Source: Craspedostauros australis
Lineage: Eukaryota
Direction: 5' to 3'
Length of the DNA: 46,934 nucleotides
NCBI GenBank assembly: GCA_030167865.1
Contig: JALAGF010000903.1
Span: 1-46,934, forward strand
Positions 31,583 to 41,090 of this stretch are shown one piece after another. The stretch's first letter is position 1; each line of letters opens with the position of its first letter. The translations under genes and the position numbers were made by a program. The notes below the pieces were generated by a model that searched no databases, was not told where the DNA came from, and worked only from the letters and a program-made list of their open reading frames with translations.

Positions 31583-32719
31583 ATGGAAAGCAACAACAAC
31601 ATCACCGTCGGCGTCGGGAGGAAGCGATCCGCCTCGCACGGCAAATTGAAGATCCATGGCGACCTCAACACAGACGAGCTGCACGAGCTTCTTTGCAACG
31701 CCGTCGAGTCCAAACAACATGGCACGCTGAGCTGCGACGAAGTCACCTTCGACAGCCGCACGACAGCGCTCCTTGTGGAATTCTTTCGCGTCTACAATCG
31801 CGTGTGGGATCGCATGGACTTTGAATTTTGCGACGGATCCCAGATGGAGCTCGTCATCACAGCAGCTCTGTGCCTGGAGTCTGTGCGACGACTCTTCGTA
31901 GCAGGCGAAGATGACACGAGCAACCAGCAGGATGTGGAGCACCTCTTGCAAACTATGGCGACCATGATGCAGGTTAACACCTCCTTGGCCTCATTGTGGT
32001 TCCTGCTGCCGATATCGACCATCTCATCCAGGTGCCTGGGCGACATGCTGGCAAATGCCAAGAGCCTGCAGAAATTGAGCTTGAGCGGCAGCCAGTTTGC
32101 GGAGGAACCGGCGGTATGCGAAGAATTGTCGCGCGGGCTGAGAGAAAACCGAACGCTGCACACGCTGGACTTGAGCTGCTGCGTGCTGGACGATGCCGAT
32201 ATCAGAGTGCTGCTGCAATCGCTGCAGCATCACAAGCGATTGCGCAATTTGGACATCAGCCGGAATCGATGCAAGGCGCCGGCGATCCGCGCTGTGTCGG
32301 AGTTGCTCCTGTCAGACGATTGCGATTTGCAGCGGCTCGACCTCGGCGAACAGGATTTGGAGGAGGACGAAGCATTGGAAATCGGGAGCTTGGCGACGGC
32401 GCTGGGCGCCAACCGCAAGCTCAAGACGCTTAAACTCAGCCGCAATAATCTGAAGGACGAGCAGGTGTTGGAATTGGCGGAGGCGTTGCGGACGAATGAG
32501 ACGCTGTCGGCGCTGGATTTGCAATGGAATAAGATCACCGACGAAGCGCTCAAAAAGTGTTCCTCGTTGCTGTCGGAGATGGTAGGCCTGGAAGTCCTGC
32601 TGCTTGGCGGCAATAGCATCGGCAAGGAGGGTGTCACGTTGTTGGAATCGTTGCCTGGGGATGATCAAAGCATTTGCACCGTCGAAGACGATGCTCGTGG
32701 CAATGATGAAAACGAGTGA
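31583..32719 (+). CDS. Leucine-rich repeat protein (ribonuclease-inhibitor/NLRC3-like 28-aa repeats)
   Basis: Repeats 'LQKLSLSGS', 'LHTLDLSCC', 'LRNLDISRN', 'LQRLDLGEQ', 'LKTLKLSRN', 'LSALDLQWN', 'LEVLLLGGN'. ATG 31583 (378 aa). Confidence 0.88.
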   Translation: MESNNNITVGVGRKRSASHGKLKIHGDLNTDELHELLCNAVESKQHGTLSCDEVTFDSRTTALLVEFFRVYNRVWDRMDFEFCDGSQMELVITAALCLESVRRLFVAGEDDTSNQQDVEHLLQTMATMMQVNTSLASLWFLLPISTISSRCLGDMLANAKSLQKLSLSGSQFAEEPAVCEELSRGLRENRTLHTLDLSCCVLDDADIRVLLQSLQHHKRLRNLDISRNRCKAPAIRAVSELLLSDDCDLQRLDLGEQDLEEDEALEIGSLATALGANRKLKTLKLSRNNLKDEQVLELAEALRTNETLSALDLQWNKITDEALKKCSSLLSEMVGLEVLLLGGNSIGKEGVTLLESLPGDDQSICTVEDDARGNDENE

Positions 32720-32910
32720 ATGAGTGGCCAGCAAACGCAACATCATCCTCAACAACTCCTAGCATAGAGTGAAGCATGAGCGAGTGATCTTAAGGTGAAC
32801 TACTCTTGTCTAGAAAGTTCCACTCTGCCGGGAGCTTGTGATTGTATGATAGACTCAATGTGTGCAAGCAATCTATCCATCGCGTTTTGTGAAACAATAC
32901 TTGCTTGTTC

Positions 32911-34491
32911 TCAACGCATCAATCCACGGAATGTGTCGGAGCAGAATGTTGTGGCGACCCTGACGGTCGCTCCAATGCTCCTCCCCACGATGGTTCCGTA
33001 GGAGACATGCTTGACTTTGATTTGATGGACCGACAATTGTCCCAGCATGCGCTGTTCCATGTACACGGACTCGACGAAGCGTCCTGGGTGCTGGCTGCGC
33101 TCGTACAGAGCGGACACGATGGATGACGGTCTCTGTTGACACCCAATTGACTTTGACGTCCTCTCTCCGCCGATGATACTCCGTAGCAACAGCCATGGCA
33201 AAATCCATGTGCATTGCGCCACGGTGCGATAAAACGAAAAGTATGCAAAATACACGAAGGCGGTTGTCCAGCTGAAGATGCAAACGCAAAAGCAGATGGT
33301 TCCCAGCAGCAGCACCTGGATGGAGTCGTACTTCATGGAGTCCGTTCGGCGCCGCAGAATATTGTACTTCTTGCCACGAAACAGCCGAAGGAGGGATGTC
33401 ATCATATAGTTCTCCAATCGGAATACTGCTCGGAATATCCGAAACAGCAGCGTGATGTGAAGGCAATGCATCTGGAGGATATCCATATGCAAGGACAGCA
33501 TTGTGGAAGCACCGAATGGAATGCACATGGTTTTCCAAACGACACCAGCGTACGGGGATCGCACTGAAATGACGTCACTTTCGCGCAGGTGTCCCAAGAC
33601 CCAATCCCGCATTCGCAGGGCAAGCCGCACCATCCTTCCCATGCTGCGGGTCAAGGTCGAATTCAGTTTGAATCCCATCGGATTATGCTCCAACCATGTG
33701 AGGTGCGTTGTGAAGGAATGCAGCAGTGCCTGCGGAAGCACAATGTCGAATTGACACTGGATGATGCAAAGTCCGAAAATGATATCCAACATCGTGTCGA
33801 TGAGGAAGCATGACGATGACGACGACGCCATAGTGGCGAGTGGCATGCGAAAGATCGAAATGATATTGGAATCATCCGATAGCAGCGATTGTAAGTGTTG
33901 CAGGAGATACGATGCATTCCAACATCGGCTCCAAAGACCTTGCTCGATATCATCTTGGACTTTGCCTGCATGAACCGCGGTGGTTGCTCGCAATGGAATG
34001 CATGATGCCACTGATTTTCCTGCTTGCTCATCATCTTGGATGCATTGGAGTATGCGGGACAGTGTCGTATTAGCTCGGATCAAACTATGGCTGTTCGGAA
34101 GGATGCCCTCGTTGGCATGACCATCGTAGAGCAGAACGCACTTCGCGATGCATCTGTGATGTTGCGATTGCGATTGCTTGTGTACTTGACGATTATCGTG
34201 GGCGTAGACAACACCAAGAGACACGTGATGCTTCAGATGCTGCTGCTGATGATGATGATGATGCGCACTCGTGCGGTTGGCTTGTTGGTTGGATCGTGTG
34301 GGAGATGATCGGATCACTTTGATTTGTGAAATCGTGATGGCTTCTGCAGAATCCGCTGCTTCTCGGCCAACAACGAGGACGTCGCTGCGTCGCAACCCAC
34401 ACCATCGCGAATCCTCAGAACTTCCCTTCAATACACTCTCCAACACGTGCGTAGGCACCACAAGGATTACCCGCTGGCTTTGTTGCGTCAT
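32911..34491 (-). CDS. PIGQ: GPI-GlcNAc transferase subunit PIG-Q/Gpi1
   Basis: Gpi1 signatures 'WLEHNPMGFKLN..L', 'FGASTMLSLHMD', 'SLLRLFRGKKYNILRRRTDS..YD....LLLGT' and several TM segments; N-terminal half divergent. Confidence 0.82.
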   Translation of the reverse strand: MTQQSQRVILVVPTHVLESVLKGSSEDSRWCGLRRSDVLVVGREAADSAEAITISQIKVIRSSPTRSNQQANRTSAHHHHHQQQHLKHHVSLGVVYAHDNRQVHKQSQSQHHRCIAKCVLLYDGHANEGILPNSHSLIRANTTLSRILQCIQDDEQAGKSVASCIPLRATTAVHAGKVQDDIEQGLWSRCWNASYLLQHLQSLLSDDSNIISIFRMPLATMASSSSSCFLIDTMLDIIFGLCIIQCQFDIVLPQALLHSFTTHLTWLEHNPMGFKLNSTLTRSMGRMVRLALRMRDWVLGHLRESDVISVRSPYAGVVWKTMCIPFGASTMLSLHMDILQMHCLHITLLFRIFRAVFRLENYMMTSLLRLFRGKKYNILRRRTDSMKYDSIQVLLLGTICFCVCIFSWTTAFVYFAYFSFYRTVAQCTWILPWLLLRSIIGGERTSKSIGCQQRPSSIVSALYERSQHPGRFVESVYMEQRMLGQLSVHQIKVKHVSYGTIVGRSIGATVRVATTFCSDTFRGLMR

Positions 34492-34956
34492 TCGTCGTTC
34501 TTCTTGGTGTTGCTACGGTTGCTGCGGTTGCTGCAACTGCCGACCTGTGCGGTGGCTGCCATTGCTTTGGTGGTAGATTTGTGTTCATTTCTGGTTTGGA
34601 TCCATCCGTGGGAGTTACGGTAAATTGGATTCTGCATAATTTAGCGTGGGTGTTCCTTTGTGTAAAAAATTCTACGCAACCTCTTGAGAGATAGGGATGC
34701 AAGTGCGCGATGAACATGATTGCGTGGTACAAATGTATGGTAAGTAGCAGTGCACGCGGGGTTACATCGTGTCTGTGTATGGTAGCGGAGCATTTCATTT
34801 TCATTTCGCACCCCCATGATGTAGAGTAGAGTACAGTGTGGTGGCATACTGCCGTGATATCCTGTGAGCTGCTGACTGTTCTCCATCTCTCTCCTCCTCA
34901 TTCTCCTCCCAATCAATCGCTACGAGTCTGCACCGTATGTCTCGTGATCTCAGAAA

Positions 34957-37158
34957 TTAGGCGACCTTGTTGGCCACGAACTCTTGCACAGCCTTGACGT
35001 CGTTCGGACAGTTGCTCAGACGGGTGGGGAGCTCGCCCAAGCACGCCAGTTCCTTGGGTGCTTGCGGAAGTGGATCGATGGCTTGCTTGACGGCGGCTGG
35101 GAATTTGGCATCGTGGGCTGTTGCGAGACAAACAGCGGTGGGCTTGACGAGATCCAATTGCTGGATGGCGCTGACGCCGACGGCGGAATGCGGGCACAGC
35201 ACGTAGTTGTGCTTCTCGTTGTACTCCTTAATGGCGGCGAGCGTCATGGCAGTGTCAGCGCGTGCGGAAGAGAAGTCGGAGCGGGCCTTCTCCAGAAGGT
35301 CGCCCTTGATGTCCAGTTTCTTCGTTGATTCGAAGTTCTTCATCCATCCGGCGAGGACGCCACTGTCGTCTCCGGCGAGGTGGAAGAGGTAACGTTCGAA
35401 GTTGCTGGAGACGCAGATGTCCATACTGGGGGAGATGGTCTTGGCGATGGACTCGCGGTGGTACTCGCCTGTGGAGAAGAAGCGGTGGAGGATGTCATTT
35501 TCGTTCGTGGCAACAACGAGCTTGCCGACCGGAAGTCCCATCTGCTTGGCATAGTACCCGGCGAGGATGTCGCCGAAGTTACCGGTTGGCACGGCGTAGT
35601 CAATCTTCTCGTCCTTGAGGTCGGCGTTGTCGGTGACCCGCAGGTAACTCCAGAAGTAGTACGTGGTCTGCGCGAGGACGCGGCACCAGTTGATGGAGTT
35701 GACTGCACCGAGCTTGACCTTGTCGCGGAATTCGGGGGTGTTGAAGGATGCCTTGACGATATCTTGGCAGTCATCGAAGGTACCCTCGACGGCGACACAG
35801 TGGATGTTTGAATCCTGCACGGTCGTCATTTGGCGTTCCTGGATGGGCGACACACGACCGAGGGGGAAGAGGATGACGCAGTCAATGCCCTTCTTCCCGC
35901 GGAGGCCGTAGATGGCGGCAGAACCGGTGTCACCGGATGTGGCACCGAGTACAGTGAGTTTTCCATCGTTGGAACCAGTCTCGAGGAAGTACTCGAAGAA
36001 GTTGCCAAGCATTTGCAGGGCGACGTCCTTGAACGCGAAGGTTGGTCCGTGGAAGAGCTCCTGTGGTGCATTTCCGAATATGCATGGTTGAAATTCGCAC
36101 CGTATTTTGTTTTTGCAATGCGTCACGCATTTGACAGTTGTTCCAATGACAGACGATGCGAGATCCACAGTCCATCAATCCATCAATCCAAATTAAACCC
36201 ATGGATCGACCACGCATTCGTTGATTGGTTTGTGGATTTCGTATGCAGTAATTTTGATTTGATTTGGTTTGATCCCATGCGATATGATGCGATTCCATTT
36301 GATTGAAAGTCATTGTAGCCGCACATCAACAAATTGCGTTGATGGAGTTGGCCGTCATGTTTTGTGGCGATGCATCACATCGTTGCAGATTGGAGAATAA
36401 TGCATCGCAGGTACATCGTCGCGTTCATTTGACGAATGCCAACATCGTTTCGGGATGATGAGTATTCGTTGCAGCGTTGAATGTTCATCGTCGACGTTTG
36501 CATCATGATTGATCGTACATGTGTGACAGTGCATAACATTGATCGTTTTCGTTGAAGTTCAGTGTTGTGGTTTGACGTCGAGGTTTTGGGTGAGACAATG
36601 GATCCAATCAGCGTATTGGGAACGGCATACGGTGTTGCATTGCATGATGCATTCCATTATGCGCATGTTGATGTATCAGATGTGGCGGATGATTGGGAAA
36701 GAATGAGACGAGACGGGTCAGGAAGTGTCTTGGGTTTGACATAAACTGTTCCAATGCGCATGGATGGCATTCCAACTATCCGAACTTCAACAAGTTGTTG
36801 TTTACGACTGGCTGATGGATGCTAAAGAAGTGTGCCAGGAACGTACCAGCACAGCGTGCCCTCCGACATTGATGACTGGCGTGACCTCCTCATGGCGAAA
36901 CGCAGCACACGATCGCGTGACGATGTCCTTGAGCTTGTCCGCGGGGACCTGATCCTCCTGCACGAACTTGGCGATGACATTGACGGCGAGATCGGCGTAG
37001 GACAGGGATCTCCAGGATTCAATTTCTTCGAGAGTGACGGTGGGGTAGGAATCCGGAACGAAGAGACCGCGATCGTGGGCGAGGCCCGTCATGACGACGG
37101 TGCGGAAGTCCAGGTTCTTTTGGCCGCCGCGGGTGGATGAGTACGTGATGGATGGCAT
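34957..37158 (-). CDS. THR4: Threonine synthase (Thr4/ThrC long form); 2 exons (37158-36847, 36060-34957), 471 aa
   Basis: Exon 1 'YSSTRGG...GLAHDRGLFVP'; exon 2 PLP-lysine motif 'ELFHGPTFAFKD', 'ATSGDTGSAA', 'GTFDDCQ', 'NSINW', 'VPTGNFG', 'SSNFER', 'LATAH'. Phase-0 intron 36846-36061 (CTG|GTACGT...CCACAG|GAG). Confidence 0.95.
36061..36846 (-). other. Long spliceosomal intron (786 nt) of threonine synthase
   Basis: GTACGT donor, CCACAG acceptor; join gives GGHAVL|ELFHGPT. Confidence 0.88.
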
Positions 37159-38178
37159 GATGGCTTTTGTTGTTGTTGTTGCGGTTGCGGTTGTTGGAAT
37201 GAGAAAGTCTGCGGAATCGGTCAAAGTCAATCGGCGTGTCCTGGTATGGTCGTGGATGATGATCGAGGGCTGTGAACTTGAACGTGAGCTTGGAGCTGTC
37301 GCTTCGTCGAGGAATTGTTGGGTTTGTGAGAATGGAAATGAGGCTTGGGGATGTGGCTTCGTTCGATTCGGTACGTTTGGAATCGTGAAACGGCGGACGT
37401 GGCGGCCGCAACGTCCATTCCTCCCCCTTGATGTCAGCGAGATTGTGCGGATGGTGGCACTCACGTTCACGTCACCAACCACCATCATCATCTTTGTTGT
37501 TGTCTTTGTTCCTCCTTTGTTGGTGGTGGTGGTGGGTGTGGAAGATTCTCCGTCATTCCTCTCTCTGACCGTTTGCGTCATTCTCCATCGTTCAACCTGC
37601 GACGGATCCACAGACAGACGACGGCGGAGAACAAAATGACCGGAGCTCGTGGCTCCTGTGAGTCACGATACGATAAACTCGGGAATCGGCAAATTCAACA
37701 TCGATTCATGGCTCGCACGTGACTCATTCTCGAAACGTCCGTGAATCATAATCGTGTGTTTGTTGCCGTTTTTCGGCGATTTGCACGCCTTTTCGTGGTG
37801 TGTTGCGGTTGTGGCGCGAAGAAAATGAGCGTTGGGTTTCTGTGCCTGTGCTTTGCGCTCGTACTTTGCACGGAAAGAGTTGATTGGAACAACGACGACT
37901 GCGACGACACGCGAGAAACAGAGAAGAATAGTGGTGGGGTGGTAAGATGGATTGGCTGATGTTGCAATCTTGGCGCGCAACTGCGGACGGGTAACACCGC
38001 ACTGCTACACGTCTTGCCACGCAGTGAGCTGCACCAAGATACTCTACTTTTCTCTCGTCTAACAGGAGAATGGAATAGAATGGAATGGGACGGAAATCAC
38101 GAACGTTGCCTCAACTGACGACAAATCCAACTGACGGCGATCAGTGGATCGAATGGCAGAAGGGGGCGAAGGGGTTCC

Positions 38179-40545
38179 ATGCCAACGTACTCTTCCCAAA
38201 CATATCTACATGGTCGAGGAGCGCTGAACAACATGACATCGAATGAGATGGACAGGGAGACCGGGGAAAGCAGCATGGGGGATGCAGGGGAAACCAGCAC
38301 GAGGGATGCACCGGTGTGCGCAGATGAACGGGACAACGGACCGGGCGCCTCCGCCACAAGAATCGTTGCTGCAGATAGCGGGGTGGTGCGAGAAGACAGC
38401 GAGACAGGGGGGAACAATGGTGCGCAGGAGGTGGCGCCAAACCGGGTCTCTGGAGAACAACAGGTACGAGTCGAGCAACCGTTGACCCCAGCGCGAGCAT
38501 CGACGTCCAGAGAAGAACGCACACACGCACATGCACACGCACATGAACATGAACAGCTGCGCTCCGCCAAGACCAACGAACACAACGTGTACTTGGGACG
38601 ATCGAGCGCAAGCAACACGAGCACGGGTCTGCAGCACAACAAGTTGTACCGTCAGCTGATCGAGGAAAACGCGCTGGAGTACGCGACGCTGCGTGCTCTG
38701 GACAAGCGAGACTTCGCATGGAGCAAGGTCGTGGTGCCCATCGTCGACGCCAAAGGATCCTTCCAGGAATGGGTCGACGGCAAGTTCAGGGAGGTCAATG
38801 CCGCCAAAGTCGTCACCACAGTCATGCAAGCGCTCCGTGATTGCCGCAAGAAGAAGATGAGGCAGCAGAAGATGCAGCTGCGCCAGAAACGACCCAAGCG
38901 CGCCAAGCAGCATAGAAACAGCATCCAACTCAAGCAAGAACAATCGACCCAAGATCATCAGGAACCTGCACTCGACATCGCCCAAATGCAGATGCAGACA
39001 CAAGCACCGCCGCCATCGAACGTCGGGACAGACGAAGACATGCAGCAGGAGCAGCTGGAGCAACAGCATCCGCATGCGCTGAACGAGATCGATTCGGAGC
39101 CACAAGGTATCGTTGACGACGTTGTCCAGCGTGACGAAGATGGCGGTGGTTACCGTGGTCACGATGCCGGCCACAAAGACGACAAGGAACAGAGCGTGCA
39201 CGATCATGAGGATGAACATGAAGAGCGAAATGGGCATGACCAGCAACCACAGAAACAAGGATGGTCGCACCCAGAGTCGCAACCACAGGTATCAGCGACA
39301 CCTCGGACACGAACAAGAGCACAGCTACAAGCTGAGCTCATGGCTGAGAACATCGCAGGACCGAATGCCGAACACGCTGCTACTACCGCGCTACACGATT
39401 CCATCGATCCGATCAGCACACTTTTCTCTCTTGAAACCAAAGATGCCACCAAAGATGCCACCAAAGATGCTGCAGAGGCCGGGGCCTTCGGCAGTTCTGC
39501 AGACACAAACCCGGAAATCATCAACATCACAGACATGCACGCAGCCGCGATTGCAATCGCAACCACCATCGGCAATCAGGATGATGACGATGCCAACATT
39601 GTGAACAACGAAGATGAAGGCAGCAACGACAAACCTGCCCAAACACTCACAACAAACCGAGAAACAGACAAGAATCATCCATTGTTCCAGGCTACAACAA
39701 CAGCAGCAGATGTTGCCGCCGCAGAAACTTCACTCATCTGTGAGAACCAAGAGAATGAGAGACCACCGAAGAGACAGCGTGACGAGGCCGAGGAGGAGCA
39801 TCGTAGTGGAAAGCACATCGCTATGTTCCGCCACATACAGCGAGTCTCTCCGGCGAACGCCGCACGTCGGAGCTGCGGAGTTGCGGAGATCTTCGGAACT
39901 GTCATGGCGCACTGCGACGATCACAATGACAACGTCAACGACAATGTCGACGAGATCCATCGACACCAGCCCTGGCAACCACAAGGATCAGCCCAACAGC
40001 TACAGCAACCTTCAGCGTCACCAACACCAAGCAGCGCAGCCACCACGCACGACGGACATCGCGTGCACCACGTGCATCACGTAGAACCAACAGGTACTGC
40101 AACAAGCGTGACAGCTGTGGCAGCCCCAACCATGCTGCCACCACAAACGCAACCTCAACCGCGAGCACAAGGACGACCACAGTCACAGCCACACTCACAC
40201 TCACAGCCACCACAATTCTACCCAACGACGCCGCACCCAGAACCGAACTTTGGACATGCATTCCAAATGCCTCCACCACCTGTGCCAGAGGCCCCGCCGT
40301 CGATCTTTGGCTGCCTCGTCACGGAGTTCGTCACCCGGATCCAAAAATTGGAGCTGCTGGTGCACACGCTCAAACGGGAGAACGATTTCCTACGGCGCAG
40401 CTCGCCATCGCCTGTGATGATGGCGCATCCTGCACCGCCAACAGGACCACCAGCACCAATAATGCAACCGTCGCCTCAAGAAGTGCAGCAACTGCGACAG
40501 CCACGACGGAACTGGGATGAGCAAAGCGCCGAGACAACTGGGTAG
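38179..40545 (+). CDS. DUF6824-like domain protein with Gln/His/Pro-rich regions and C-terminal leucine zipper (putative nuclear regulator)
   Basis: 'NEHNVYLGR...HNKLYRQLIEENALEY...DK...VV..I....GSF......FREV......V.QALRD' (38569-38841) matches my recollection of the diatom-expanded DUF6824 pattern. A basic NLS-like run follows; zipper at 40339-40392. Confidence 0.72.
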   Translation: MPTYSSQTYLHGRGALNNMTSNEMDRETGESSMGDAGETSTRDAPVCADERDNGPGASATRIVAADSGVVREDSETGGNNGAQEVAPNRVSGEQQVRVEQPLTPARASTSREERTHAHAHAHEHEQLRSAKTNEHNVYLGRSSASNTSTGLQHNKLYRQLIEENALEYATLRALDKRDFAWSKVVVPIVDAKGSFQEWVDGKFREVNAAKVVTTVMQALRDCRKKKMRQQKMQLRQKRPKRAKQHRNSIQLKQEQSTQDHQEPALDIAQMQMQTQAPPPSNVGTDEDMQQEQLEQQHPHALNEIDSEPQGIVDDVVQRDEDGGGYRGHDAGHKDDKEQSVHDHEDEHEERNGHDQQPQKQGWSHPESQPQVSATPRTRTRAQLQAELMAENIAGPNAEHAATTALHDSIDPISTLFSLETKDATKDATKDAAEAGAFGSSADTNPEIINITDMHAAAIAIATTIGNQDDDDANIVNNEDEGSNDKPAQTLTTNRETDKNHPLFQATTTAADVAAAETSLICENQENERPPKRQRDEAEEEHRSGKHIAMFRHIQRVSPANAARRSCGVAEIFGTVMAHCDDHNDNVNDNVDEIHRHQPWQPQGSAQQLQQPSASPTPSSAATTHDGHRVHHVHHVEPTGTATSVTAVAAPTMLPPQTQPQPRAQGRPQSQPHSHSQPPQFYPTTPHPEPNFGHAFQMPPPPVPEAPPSIFGCLVTEFVTRIQKLELLVHTLKRENDFLRRSSPSPVMMAHPAPPTGPPAPIMQPSPQEVQQLRQPRRNWDEQSAETTG

Positions 40546-41090
40546 AGAAGAGGCAGCGCATCATCTTGCATCCACGTGAACGCGGTCCATCCTCACATGA
40601 CAGCAACATTGGACTCCGCGAAGCAAAAATAGTATTGCATTTTGCATGATACATGGAAAGGTCTTCTTTGGCACACAGTCAGCAGCCAAAGCAATTGCCG
40701 CTCACTCTGGATGTAGATCCTCCAAGTAGGTAAGAATATCCTAATAATCCACATCACGAAGACGAGCAAATGCAACCCAGCTTGCCCTATTGGTGCGCTA
40801 CACCTCCCGTTCCGTCCCATCATATTTGCATGTCATGGTGCCCTTTGCGTTTAAAATGTAGGTCGTACGTCCAGACTGCGTGCTGTCTTGCAACCTGCGA
40901 TAAAAATAGGAAGGTCGTGCAGAAAGGTGCAGTGGGCGCACCATCTCATGATGAAAGACATAGAGGGTACCCCTACTACGACTCGCACGAGCTCGAGTTC
41001 GTGTCCGACCGCGAGTACTACTCGTCCGGATGGAACGGAGCGCCATCGTGATGCCTCACTGCACGTATGCAACAAGCGCCAAATGCGCAA

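Noticed and set aside
36061-36168. ORF-track N-terminus of threonine synthase (MDLASSV...)
   Set aside because: Intronic; the true N-terminus is exon 1 at 37158-36847.
38206-39282. 358-aa hydrophobic minus-strand ORF resembling a membrane protein
   Set aside because: Antisense reading of the Q/E/D/H-rich codons of the DUF6824-like gene.
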